A stretch of DNA of 64,000 nucleotides from Nemertoderma westbladi. Lineage: Eukaryota > Animalia > Xenacoelomorpha. Shown one piece after another: positions 50,191 to 62,560 of the stretch (the stretch's first letter is position 1; the number at the start of each line of letters is the position of its first letter). The stretch covers positions 1 to 64,000 of the forward strand of contig JAUCBJ010002525.1 of NCBI GenBank assembly GCA_032718475.1. Direction: 5' to 3'. Both the position numbers and the translations under genes were made by a program. Below the pieces are notes generated by a model. It was not told the origin of the DNA and made no database searches. It worked only from the letters and a program-made list of their open reading frames with translations.

Positions 50191-51908
50191 GGCGTCCGTA
50201 CGATCCGGCAATACGGTAGGCCTAAAGGTCTAGCCGCGGTGAGGTACATCATCTTATGGTACAAACGCTTAAGTTACGCTATTGGATCAGGGTGGATGCC
50301 TTTGGGGTAATGAGTTTGCAGATTTTGAGCTGCCGCCACGTTCAAATACGTTTCTCTGAGGAAAGTGATTGAATCCTCAAATATAGCTGCGTTGTCGCTA
50401 GCTTCCGCCTCTTTCGTTGACATGGCATCCCGAATCGCATCTTCGACGACAGTTAAAAACCATTCCGGTCTCACAACTCTACAGATACCAACTGAATCAG
50501 AATCAATAAATACAACGGTTATATTGCTAACACATATTTGTTACTCCTACCGTTCTAAGCGGCCTGGCCAATGGATGCGTTCCAATCACCTGTTTTCCCC
50601 TCCCATCATTGGCTAACCTAATTAATCTCCATCTCGCCACTCCCTGTTGCCACTGTCCCCAATTGCTAGCCCCTTTGTCCCCTGAGATGGCTTATGGCCT
50701 CTCAACTCTATACGTGGCTGACAGTGTGTGTTTCCTGAGTTGGTTATTACTTAGGTGACATTATATTAGTAATGTCACCTTCCCAACTATAATTGGTAAA
50801 AAGCCACTATGCCCATTTTCCGCTGGGGAGTGCAGGGAATTGAATCCGCTTACAATATCAACACACAATTATAATGAAAATGTATGTATTTATCATATCA
50901 AAATTATTATATTTAAACATTCAGAATTATACTGTATCGAACATTTGACATAGTATAGTACCGTAGTAAAAAAACAAAACAAGTAAAAATTCCCGATTGC
51001 TGTAATAATTACATTTACTTACAGTTTAAGGCAAAAATATAACAATAATTACATTGTGTATACTTACAGAAGGCAAATATAAAAGGACGGAAGATCTGCA
51101 ATAACAAAAATACATTATCGCAATACAAAGTTTATTACTGATCAATTTTTTGTATTTAATGTTCATTTTTAAACATACTACGTAAAAAATGCAAACTATG
51201 TAAAAAATATAGTATTCAACAGAAAACTAGACGTTGCAACATCCAGGAAGTCAGCAAAGGTGACTGGGAAAAACAGGACCTGGGGGGGGGGGGGGGGGGG
51301 GATCTTGACTCAAATCATAGCTTGGCGAATTAATTTATCGTTTAATATTAAATTATCAATTAATTGAAAGGAGCAGGTTACAGTGACATGTTATTCTAAC
51401 CAAATCAATGAACTCAAGTCAATAGAACAGTTTTATATTTTGGAGTAATTCAGCCCCAGTCCCACACCCCGCCCACCATCTATCTGCTGCAATTAGCTTA
51501 TCATTGTTGCATGCAATATCTACTGTAGTTCTCAGTGGCGTTTAAGTTTTTTTTTTACATAGTTTGGTCCTTTGTTTTTACTTACTCGCTTGACTATTAA
51601 ATATGATGATCGACTAATGCTCTTTCAAGCTTTTACTTCACCTTTTATGAGTTAATAAAAAAATTAATTATAAATTAATTACACATTATAATATACTTTG
51701 TAGTTATAAGATGGTGCAATATCCCAGTGGTTCAGTCTTTAACAAATCCGACCACAGTGATTCAGTATATATATACCAACATAACCGTCCATATATCTTC
51801 AATATCCAACAGTATCCGACGCCAGTGGTTATTCAATATCCGAACCTAATTGTCTCAGTAACCTACTCTGTGGCATCCGCCTACCTAAGATTCGGGTGGT
51901 ACGGGTGA

Positions 51909-52646
51909 TCACCCCGAGTACCGGTAGACCAAGAATTCGTTAGACACCGTGTACTTGGCGGCAAACTGACGACCCTCTGGCGTTGGATCAGAGAAAGCGA
52001 TCTCCTGAGGACCCAGACAGGTCCCGTAGACAAAGTTTCTGCGGAGACAGTCGACCAGACGTGTGGCCACGCCAGTGCGTCGGTCGCAGCGCGCCACCCA
52101 GATTTGGGCTATTCCAGCCCGAGCCGGCGTCGCCACATCAGAGCAGAAGCAGGCCGAACCGGGGGACGAAACAGCAACGGCTGGTTTAGAAATAGGTGAT
52201 AGTGGGGTTGCAGGGGGGAGGGGGGTTGTCGTATTATTAGTGAGGGTGAGGGGGGTTAGGGGATGCGGTGCTGAGTCCATATTACATGTGGGTGTGGCGT
52301 TTAGGTCTTGTGATAGAAGTACATGAGATTTAAAGTTTGAGCCTTGAATTAGCGAGACTTGTGTATCTTGGGTTGACTCTTGATATTGCGATCCTTGGGT
52401 TGGTTGGGTTGATTCTTCAGACTGAGATAATTGGGTTGAATTCAGCCCAATCGAAGACGGTGTGTCTGGAAGCGTTTCTAAATTGTGTTCGTAGACGATT
52501 TTTCGGTTATCGGGACCCTGTGCATTGCGACGTTGTTCAATATTGCTTCCCTTAGACGCATTGATCTCGATGTTGGAGACTGCTGTAGTTTCCGATACAG
52601 TTGTAGTTGTTCCGGATTCCGAAGTCAAGTTCAACACACGAAAACC
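51909..52646 (-). CDS. ESCO2: Terminal exon of ESCO/Eco1 cohesin N-acetyltransferase
   Basis: Branch point CTAAC plus pyrimidine tract and CAG| at 52647. Exon begins GFRVL and ends with the ESCO motifs CFCS..PARAGIAQIWV..RRTGVATRLVDCLR.NF.YG..IAFSDPTPEGRQFA.KY..FLVY. ESCO1 versus ESCO2 cannot be resolved. Confidence 0.9.
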   Translation of the reverse strand, partial: GFRVLNLTSESGTTTTVSETTAVSNIEINASKGSNIEQRRNAQGPDNRKIVYEHNLETLPDTPSSIGLNSTQLSQSEESTQPTQGSQYQESTQDTQVSLIQGSNFKSHVLLSQDLNATPTCNMDSAPHPLTPLTLTNNTTTPLPPATPLSPISKPAVAVSSPGSACFCSDVATPARAGIAQIWVARCDRRTGVATRLVDCLRRNFVYGTCLGPQEIAFSDPTPEGRQFAAKYTVSNEFLVYRYSG

Positions 52647-53298
52647 CTGCGCAAAAATAAGTTAGAAGTTACATTTTTGTATAGAAAACCTATAATAGAT
52701 TCTCACAAAGTATTTTGTGTTGCAGGTGGTAAGATCCGCAATTTAGCATCGCATATTCGCTAAACATCCATTGGTTATACATAGCCTTCCCAGACTATAA
52801 TGCCAATGGGAGAGCTAGTTTAAGATAGGTTTATACATAGGTTTAAGATACACATCTAGTTTAAGATAGGTTTACATATACATAAGTTTGCATATAAAAC
52901 ACCATTTTCGTTAGCCAAAGTTGTATAAAAATTCCCACAATTTATCAAAAGTTATATTAAAAGCTGTATAAAAATTATTTAAAGATAAATAAAATATCGT
53001 AAAAGTTATATCAAAATTGCAAAACGTTATATAAAATTCCAAAGTGATGACTCAGAATGCTTCAGTCGTCGTCGACCTAGGTCAAGAGGGATCAACGATT
53101 TTTCACATATCAATAAACTTTAATTAGATATAAATGCATAATTAATAATGTGTAACTGTTAATAAATTTCACTAAATAAACTTAGGTACATAAAAAAAAA
53201 CTTAGGTCGTAACGCTGCAAAGTGCTACTTTGCACACAATGATGTAAATAGTTATTGAGAATTTTGATAAAACTTTTGCTAACGTAAATTGTGGTTAA

Positions 53299-54940
53299 CC
53301 CGCCGAAGACCTTTTGATTCAGGTTACACCCAGGACCGTTTGGGTCAAATTGACCCACGGTATATTATTGATAATTGATAATATTATCAATCAAAATGAC
53401 CAAAAGTGAGGTTTTATCAGTGTGGAAACTCATTTGCGACTTACGGGCAAGTTACTTAGGCTATTTACATCCAATTTGGTTTCAATAACTAGCGTAGCGA
53501 GTGACACAACGAAACGAGGGTTTCTCATTTTGTTCAGATATGAACTGTACATGGAAATATTGACAACTCCACCTGAACAAGCGTGTGTATCAATATGGGT
53601 TTCATAATATTATTCACCAAAGTACTTAGACTATTTACATCAAACTGGGATTGATTAACGAGCGAAGCGAGTGACACAAAAACCGAGTCCATTTTATTTG
53701 AATAATTATTCGCATACAATGAGAAAACATTTGAGTGGCGCTGATTAAAGGCTAAACAACTGCGATAAATGATAATCTCTGATAGCACCTTACTATCACC
53801 CATCTGATATAGGCCCTACAACATTTACATATACTTGTATAGAAGTATTCTAGAGATAATATTATTTGTTTCCCAAATAAATAGTGAAGTAAATATATCA
53901 TAAATATGTTACTACTAAAGCTACGGGACCTAAACACTACAGGACCTACTGCTACTGACCTAACTCAGTAACTGCCTAAAGTATACCGATTTGGACCTAA
54001 TGCTACCAGGCTGTTTTGTACATTACACACAAAAGTGATTCTCAAAAATGTTTCCATTTTGCACACAACTGTTATATATTAGCCCAATTTATTAATTTAT
54101 AGGCCTATAGGCTAATGACAGAATGACTACTGGTTGCCGGTAGCTGTAGGCTTAGACAGCTAGATTATATATTTACGGCTACTGTATATAGCCAGACAGC
54201 CAGATACCAGTCCCGGTAGCTTTAGGTCCTGGCAACCTGGTAATGTAGCTTTAGGTCCGGAGCATTAGGTCCATGGCATTAGGTCCTGGCAGCCTGTTAG
54301 CATTAGGGCCGAGCCATTTGGTCAGTAAGTCCAGTCTGCCTCCATAACCAGGCAGGTTAGTAAAGGAGCAGGTTATAGAGGCGAGTTGAAAGGAACCAAA
54401 ACAATAAACGAGAGTTAGGAATAATTTAATGTAATGTGTTACAGGACCTAAAGTATACTGGTTTGGACCTAACGCTATATTGGCACTGACTAGGCCTAAT
54501 TAGAAGACGTTCCATACAGGAAATATGGTTCATGGACGATACCAGGTTTCCATATTACACAGTACACACACACACACACGCACCGACATACAAACAGACA
54601 AACTGTACAAACAGACGAATTGACTTTTCAATGTTGATTAAGCATCGCCCTGACTTGGAAAATTGATGTGTTTACAGAATTCGACTTTGCAAAACTGTTA
54701 TTTATGAGTAAAACTATAATGGGTCATTTTGACCCAAGCGGCTCTTGGCGTTGCCTAAATAATAAAAGTCAAATTAAAAAAAAAGTGTTAAAGTAAAAGT
54801 TGTGACCCGGTTACATTTGGAAAGAGTATAAAAAAGTAGGAGAATTCATGAAATATTGTAAACCCAATCATTATATTGAATTTGTACAGTGCATGTAAAC
54901 TTCATTTTGGGTCAATTTGACCCAAACGGTCCTCGGCGGG
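53299..54940. mobile_element. piggyBac-type non-autonomous element in the ESCO intron
   Basis: TTAA|CCCGCCGAAGACC ... GGTCCTCGGCGGG|TTAA, with subterminal GGGTCAAATTGACCC palindromes at both ends. Confidence 0.85.
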
Positions 54941-55144
54941 TTAAACTGTAAGGCCTAGTGTGGTATATCTTACCAACAATATCCCGTTCGATACTGTATT
55001 TCACATCTGGGTTTATCCAACCCCGGCCCCACCAACTTAAGTTTGTTTATAACATAATTAATTATATATAATGCGGTTTTTAATGATTTGTTATGGTTTA
55101 ACTACATAGAAGCTATTCACCTTTATTATGATTCAACATACAAT

Positions 55145-55357
55145 GTGCTTTGGCAGCTCCATGGCGTGAATAAGCAAGGTGGACAGCCCATGACTTTCTT
55201 GAGACGCATCTTAAAGGACACTGGCTTCGAAGATGCGGATGATCTAGCACATGTCATGGGTGATAGGGAGTTGTGGTGGCGCAATTTTGTCGACAAGCCG
55301 GCACAGCATTCTTGCAAATGCAGCTGCAATGCAGCATGCCGATCCTATAGTAGTATA
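55145..55357 (+). mobile_element. RTE LINE 3' fragment
   Basis: LWQ..GGQPMTFLRRILKDTG; near-identical to 46635-46845. Confidence 0.85.
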
Positions 55358-56176
55358 TGATTCAATGATTCAATTGGTGGTTTTCTCCCTTTAATTTTAA
55401 TTTTTTAATCTGTGTTTTTCCGATTTAAATTTTAATATTAATTTGTGAAATAAATAAATAAAAAATAATAATGTACAATATTTTGTAATTTTGTGAATTT
55501 CTCAATTGATGACCGGGGGTGGGGAGGGAGGGGGGGGGGGGGGGGGGGGGGAGTGTAGCCCATGTGAAGTTTCACAGGATTCCATTTCCAAAAAAATAAA
55601 ATGCACATGATGTGAAGAAAGGAAAGGGATTTGGCCTACTTACTGTAGATGGTTGAGTTGATATTATTCCATAAAATTACCTATATCATTTGATACCGGT
55701 ATATTTCAAAGATCCCCGTTTATTTATGTAAACCTCCCGGGCTGCGCTCGGCACATATACACTTCTATGTATCGCTACAAATATTGAAGGGAATGCGAGT
55801 ATGACCGCCGCGGTGATGAAAAATTGAAAAATTGTCCGTCAATCATCCTGAAAAGCTTCAAATTCAGACACCTTCGTGGAGAATCCGCGTAGGACTAAAT
55901 ACTTGAGCCTTTGCGTAGCAGTGCAATTAGTGGACTAGATTCTTCGCCCCATGGCGGCCAACAGAGGAACCATAGAATGAACTCCGTTTGTATGTAGAAT
56001 TTCTAAACTTTTGATAGACCTTTATGTGTACCAGTGTGCAGTGTATCAAGTTTAGTTCCATGTTATCAATGACGACAGATGGTCCACAAATTATACCGCT
56101 ACACAGAGCAGAATAGACTGACCTATACTCCGTGGCTCGCCCCACAAGTAATTAACTGACAACTAACTTGTATTTA

Positions 56177-56473
56177 GGGTAAATCTTTTCGACCTACGCG
56201 TAGGCCTACGCGTAGCTACGCGTAGCTACGCGTAGTTTGTAACTTCCATTCCTGTCATTTACCGGTAGGGCCAGACTTACTGCCTTTTTAACAACTACGC
56301 GTAGGTGTTTTAAAACTACGCGTAGTTATTTTGGAACTACCGTAGGTATTTTGGACTACGCGTAGTTATTGTTAAAACTCTGAAACTGGTGATATATGAC
56401 CCAATGTTGCGAACTACGCGTAGCTACGCGTAGCTACGCGTAGGGCCTACGCGTAGGTCGAAAAGATTTACCC
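56177..56473. mobile_element. MITE built from CTACGCGTAG repeats
   Basis: About 60-bp TIRs GGGTAAATCTTTTCGACCTACGCGTAG. 8-bp TSD TGTATTTA at 56169-56176 and 56474-56481. Confidence 0.9.
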
Positions 56474-56662
56474 TGTATTTATTTTGATAACTACCTCTGT
56501 ACTGCAGTACTGGTACCGGTACCTCAGAATTACTAGAGCCTACCTCAGTCAGTCAGTCTGTACCTACTGACCTACAACTACAACCTAAGCCTGTAAGCTG
56601 AACAACAGCTCAGACACCGGTACCGGTAGTTTCTCGCACCAAAAACGGTAAATCCCAACAAT

Positions 56663-57154
56663 ATGACAGTAGAGTGTGGAGAATGCAAATGGTTTAACAA
56701 CGAGAAGGGTTTCGGATTTATAACCCCTGACGACGGTAGCCCTGATATATTCGTTCACCAAACCCAAATCTATTCTCAAGGATTCCGCTCATTATGTGAA
56801 GGAGAAAAAGTTGAGTTCGTTCGAGCGATGGACGAGAGAAACAACAAGGAGAAAGCGACCAATGTAACCGGGCCAAACGGGGACTACGTGAAGGGACAAC
56901 CGAGGGATGGAGGGGGGCGTGGGGGTGGGGACAGGTACGGAGGCGGAGGGGGAGGGAGCCGGTACGGGGGTGGAGGTGGGGGGTACGGGGGTGGTGGAGG
57001 GGGGTATGGGGGTGGCGGCTACGGGGGTGGGGACCGGTACGGCGGTGGTGATAGATACGGGGGCGGCGGAGGAGGGGGGCGTTACGGTGGGGGAGGGGGT
57101 TACGGGGGAGGAGGAGGAGGGGGATATGGCGGAGGTGGCGGAGGCTACTACTGA
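56663..57154 (+). CDS. Cold-shock-domain protein with Gly/Tyr/Arg-rich tail, intronless, 163 aa
   Basis: CSD with KWFN, RNP1 KGFGFI, RNP2 DIFVHQ, GFRSL.EGE.VEF and NVTGP.G. C-terminal (R)YGGGG repeats. No CCHC knuckles. Confidence 0.93.
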   Translation: MTVECGECKWFNNEKGFGFITPDDGSPDIFVHQTQIYSQGFRSLCEGEKVEFVRAMDERNNKEKATNVTGPNGDYVKGQPRDGGGRGGGDRYGGGGGGSRYGGGGGGYGGGGGGYGGGGYGGGDRYGGGDRYGGGGGGGRYGGGGGYGGGGGGGYGGGGGGYY

Positions 57155-58009
57155 GTTACAACCCGTCGCGCAAACTCTCAAAGGATGAACCTTCCCACAG
57201 TCTTAAGTACGTAATGTCTTCATTTCTCCTCCTATATCTAGTTCCTACCTGTAGGCTTCCCAACCCAACGCAGAACCACACGTTACCATGCGGACTGGGA
57301 ATATCAAAGTTGTGTAGGAACTAGTAAATATTTTATCAGGGCAATTATTCGTATACAATTCATTGTTTCTTACTGTTTTACCATTATTTCGTTACCGGTA
57401 CAACGAGCCTGGATGTGGAGTAAAAGATATCTGCTCGCACGATCTACCATTATCCAGGTATAGTTACGAGCTTTTCCACATGAACTCGCTTTGAAACTGG
57501 ACTAGTTTTACTATCTATGTAACATGATTTAAGTTATTGCTTAAAGATAAACTATCATGCAGTTTTAATTGTATATATATATAGTAACCAGTTTATGCAG
57601 TGAATCGCCAGTAATAATTAATTGTAGATCGGTTAATGCACTCTTACATTCTAAATTATAGAAGTAAGTGGAATCATTTCATCTTAATAAGTCCAGCTTC
57701 ATATCATTGTTCGTTTTGTTAGTTCTGGTTCTGAATTTATTTAAGTAAAAGTTGTCTCTAGTTGTTTTGTTTTATAGTGAAGTTGAAGGTCTATAGATGT
57801 TCTTTACGGAAATATATTATTATATCTGTTAGTGGGATGAAAATAATAATGATTGTTTATTATATACCTGGGGGTCAATCTCTCACATTACCGGTACCTT
57901 CCTGAAATAGTTTAATATATAGTTAAATTTATTGAACCACCCACAACATTTCTGTCTACTGCTGATGGTGACACAGATCCAGTCGAAGTCTTATAGGGAG
58001 TCCTTCAGG

Positions 58010-58495
58010 GTGACACACTTGCACCATTCTTATTCATAATTGTGGTTGATTATGTTCTACGGACGCATGTCCTTAGTGATGGTATGGTAACACCCCCTCC
58101 TACACGCACAAGAAGTAGAGGAAATCCAGCAAAGTACCGTACTGATCTAGACTTTGCCGATGACTTAAGTGTACTGTCAGAATCACTAGAGTGAGCCCAA
58201 AGGCTCCTCTGCTCATTTGAGCAGGTTGCGTCTAGTGTTGGTCTTTTGTAAACTCCAAGAAGACCAAAATCATGACAGTGAACCTAGACAGCCCTCAAGA
58301 AATAAGTAGGGGCATAGCTCTGGGGACGGCTTTCTTGATCACTTGGATGACTTCTGCTACTTGGGATCATGGATCAGAAAGTCAGATGAAGGCATTCGGA
58401 TATGTAAGGGGAGAAGGCATAGGTAGCGTGAAATAGTCTGTCCAGGATTTGGAAATCCCATAGAATAAAACGTAACCTTAAGGTTCGATTATTTA
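58010..58495 (+). pseudogene. Degenerate RTE LINE RT fragment
   Basis: GVLQGDTLAPFLF, DLDFADD and FCYLGSW motifs, with stops and frameshifts. Confidence 0.85.
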
Positions 58496-59285
58496 TGTGT
58501 AGTAGCAGTACTCTTAACAATGGGTTGCCTTAACTTAAGACCCAAATAGAATTAGTGAAGTAAATTTTAATAGCTGACTAACGTGTTCATCGAATTATCC
58601 TTAAAATAATATGATATCATTAGTTATGTTTATAGGTTTTGAAAGAACAATTTTTTGACGAAAATCCCATCGTAAGGCCATCCCTGATATATAGCCCATA
58701 TGATATATTATTAGGTATATATTTTTTCCATTTTTTTTTTGGGTATATTGATCAGTTATTACAGTTCAGAAGTATTGAACTGTCAGATACGATATATTAT
58801 TAGGTATATATTTTTTATTTTTTTGGGGTATATTGATCAGTTATTACAGTTCAGAAGTATTGAACTGTCAGATATTAATAGGTATATATTTTTTTATTGA
58901 AAATATTGAACTTCTAGGTTGGAGTCCCATTGTGATTAATCAGGTAATAAGTGCCAGTTTAATCAAATCAAGGTGAGAAATCCGTGTCTATAATATGTAC
59001 TTGCAAAATTCATTTATATTATTTGCTTATGTGGGTATTTTTTTTGCTGTACGTATATTAGAAGGTATTATAATATTTAATGCTCTTCTCGGGTCTACCG
59101 GTGCCGGGTATTTAACGTACGACATCAGGCATTTGGGAATTCTACCAAATACTTACCAATCTCCATTTATTAGCTAAATAACTTGTGTTTTAGAACTAGT
59201 AAATATTAAGCTTCTACTCCCCGGGGTTACAGTAGTTCCGATATCCGACACACCTAGCCATCCTGCCCCCCCTGCTCTGTCTCTA

Positions 59286-62200
59286 ATGACCCGATCCTGT
59301 GACCTTTGCTACGTGTCTCCGAGTGATCCCTTCAACTCATTTTCTTGCGATATATGTGGGCTTGACTACCACTACCAGTGCGGGACATGTCTAAACCGCG
59401 TAGACTTTTTACAACGGTGTATCAGCGCTGCCCTTCTATTGATTTTTACTGTATATATTGTTCCAAAGAGATCTTCCCTTTTTTTGATGTTCCAAACGAT
59501 GACGACGATATTTTTCAAAATGATGATAATTTTGTAAGCGCCCCAACCTCGGACCCCCTTATGTTTGACAATGTAGACCCTCATTCCAATCTTGTAGATT
59601 ATAGTGTGCCCGGAGGATACTATGACCAGAGTTTGTTTAATAGTAAATTCAAAAATGTCTCCAATTCTAATCCATCTCTATTTCACATAAATTGCCGCAG
59701 CCTTCAGCGTAATTTATCTAGTGTAACGGACTATCTCTCTGGACTTAATAATAAATTTGACTTCTTGGCCTTCACGGAAACCTTCTCAAAAAATGATAAT
59801 CGGCTGGACCTTTTAAATATATCTGGCTATAATAAACCATATTTTGACCATAGAACTGATTGTCGGAGAGCGAGTGGAGGCGCGGCAATCTATGTTCGCG
59901 AAGGTTTATATAGTTCCGTTCGTGACGACCCCAAATTAAAAAATACTGAGAATATTTGGATTGAAGTAAAAACAAAGAATACAAATAAACCATTAATTAT
60001 TGGGTGCGCATTTACCGTCCCGATGAATTTAAATACGATGATTTTGTTTCAGAGTTTGACGCTACATTAAATAAGTTATTTGGGAAATGTCGTGATGTTA
60101 TTATATGTGGGGATTTTAACGTTGATCTTTTAAAAAAAAATAAACACAGTGACGCGTATAATAATTTAATTAATTCACATGGCTTTAAACAAATAATTAC
60201 TGAGCCAACCCGCATTTATAAAAATTCTCGTACCTTAATAGACCATATCATTACCAATATAAATAATATGGTATTACACAGTGGTAACTTTTTGGCGGAA
60301 CTCGGTACGGCCGACCATCTCGCTATCTTTACGATCCTTGATGACATCGGTGACTATTTTAATGCAGAAAAATGTACTACATTCGATTGGACGAAATTTG
60401 ATGTCAACATATTTAAAAGCGATCTGGATAACGAAATAAACTGGCCGTACCGATCGCAAAATATTTCCAATGCAAACAATTTTGATGCTTTTTATAAATA
60501 TTTTGAAGACATTTGTTTGAAAAACTTACCAACTCGCGAAATAACCAGGAAAAAATCAGATCCTCGTAAACCATGGATATCAAATGCCTTACTCCGCTGT
60601 ATAAAAGTAAAAAACAAACTATACGTCAAGTATATTAAAAGACCTTCGCCATTAAACAGTATAATATATAAGCGTTACAGAAACAAACTTTCACAGGTTC
60701 TCCGTAACGCTGAAAAACTATATTATGAAAATGAATTTAATAAATGCGGGTCGGATATGAAGAAAACTTGGAAAATTATTAACCGTGTCATATCAAAAAG
60801 AAATAAATTATCATCTAAAATTAGGCCTGAAATTGGCACTGACCTATTAACGGATTCATATGATATTGCAGAATGTTCTAACAAATTTTTTTCAAGCGTT
60901 GGCCCCAAAATAGACAGTACAATCCCATTTTCAACTAGATGTCCCATCTCATTTATGAAAACCCGCTCAACTTATAAATCCTTTTCCCTTGTAGAGACAT
61001 CACCCGTTGAAATCCAATATCATAATTTACACTTAAATGAGGATACAGCTTATAATGACCGCTTCCCTTGCCGCTTATTAAGATTAGGATCTGAAATCCT
61101 AGCCAGCCATTTATCCGTGTTAATAAATGAGAACTTTAGAATGGGTCAATTCCCTGATATACTGAAAATAGCAAAAATCACCCCTGTATTCAAAAGCGGT
61201 GACCCCCTGGATACTTCTAACTACCGCCCTATATCAGTACTTCCCATGCTAAGTAAAATTAACGAAAAAATTATTTACGACCAGTTAGCTAATTACCTGC
61301 AAAAATTTGACCTCCTATGCACCCACCAATACGGATTCCGGAAAAAAAGATCCCCATTTCAAGCTATTTTAGCAATGACGGAAAAAATTCGAGATATTAG
61401 ACACCCAGTCAAATGGATGTATAATATATATGGATATAAAAAAGGCATATGACACAGTAAACCACTCGATCCTTGTAAAAAAGCTTGAACACTACGGAAT
61501 TCGCGGATTCCAAATACAACTTTTCAAAAATTATTTCCAAAATCGACTTCAATTTACCAAAATTAATAACTCAATTTCAACCTTTCAAAAAATCACATGC
61601 GGGATATCACAGGGTTCAATCTTAGCTTCCATTTTCTTTTTACTATATATTAACGACATACCAAATGCTTCTAAATTATACACAGTACTTTTCGCGGACG
61701 ACTCAAGTTTTCTTTGTAAAAACAATGACGCGACTTCCCTAGTGACGACCATGAAGTCAGAACTAAGTAATATACAAGACTGGCTAATTTCCAATAGATT
61801 ATTAATAAATACAAAAAAAAAACGAATTTATGGTAGCGTCAAACAAACCAGAAAGATCCCAATTTCAAAACTCTTTAAAAATTAACAATAAATATTTAAC
61901 AATGTCACCGTCGGTTAAGTACCTAGGAATTCAAATTGATCAAAAGTTATCCTGGAACACTCATATAACATATGTTTTATCAAAGTTATCTAAAACAGCT
62001 GGTATTTTTTATAAGTTGCGACACTATTTTGGTCTACGTATCCTAAAACTTCTTTATTTTTCGCTCGTGCACCCGTATATAAACTATGGACTTATTATTT
62101 GGGGGAATGCTGGCTCCTCTCTGATAAAAAAGGTAAGACAAAAAATTAATAAAATCTTAAGATGCATTACCTTTTCTGACCGTCTTGCGCACTCCTTTCC

Positions 62201-62560
62201 GTTATATCAAAGTTTAAAAATATTACCCGTTCAACATTTGCACTCACTTCAAGTAGCAGCCTTTATGCATAGTGTATTCTACAAATGAGAAAACTGAATT
62301 ATCAAATCAATTTTAATTGGTAGGTGATGTTCATCGTTATGGTACAAGATCAAAATCACAAAATTTATTCTTTATTCCTCGTGCTAATTTAGTCGTTGGG
62401 CAGCGATCTATCTCTTTTGTCGGACCATCTCTTTGGAACAACAATATCACCTAAACTGAGAGAAATCAAAAGTAGGAAAATGTTTATAAAAAATATGAAA
62501 TTAAAACTAATGTCATCGGAGAGCAGCGATCTATAAAAATAAATAAAAAGTAAAAATAAC
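59286..62560 (+). mobile_element. CR1/L2-group LINE ORF2 (PHD-like finger, APE endonuclease, RT), frameshifted
   Basis: CDLC..CDIC..H..C / CIYC; HINCRSL, AFTET, GDFN, TLIDHI, DH; NYRPISVLP, QYGFR, DIKKAYDTVNH, GISQGSIL, FADD, KYLGI. A-rich tract at about 62530-62560. Confidence 0.92.

Noticed and set aside
56792-57188. Alternative-frame and antisense ORFs over the Gly-rich tail
   Set aside because: They are by-products of G-rich low-complexity codons of the CSD gene.
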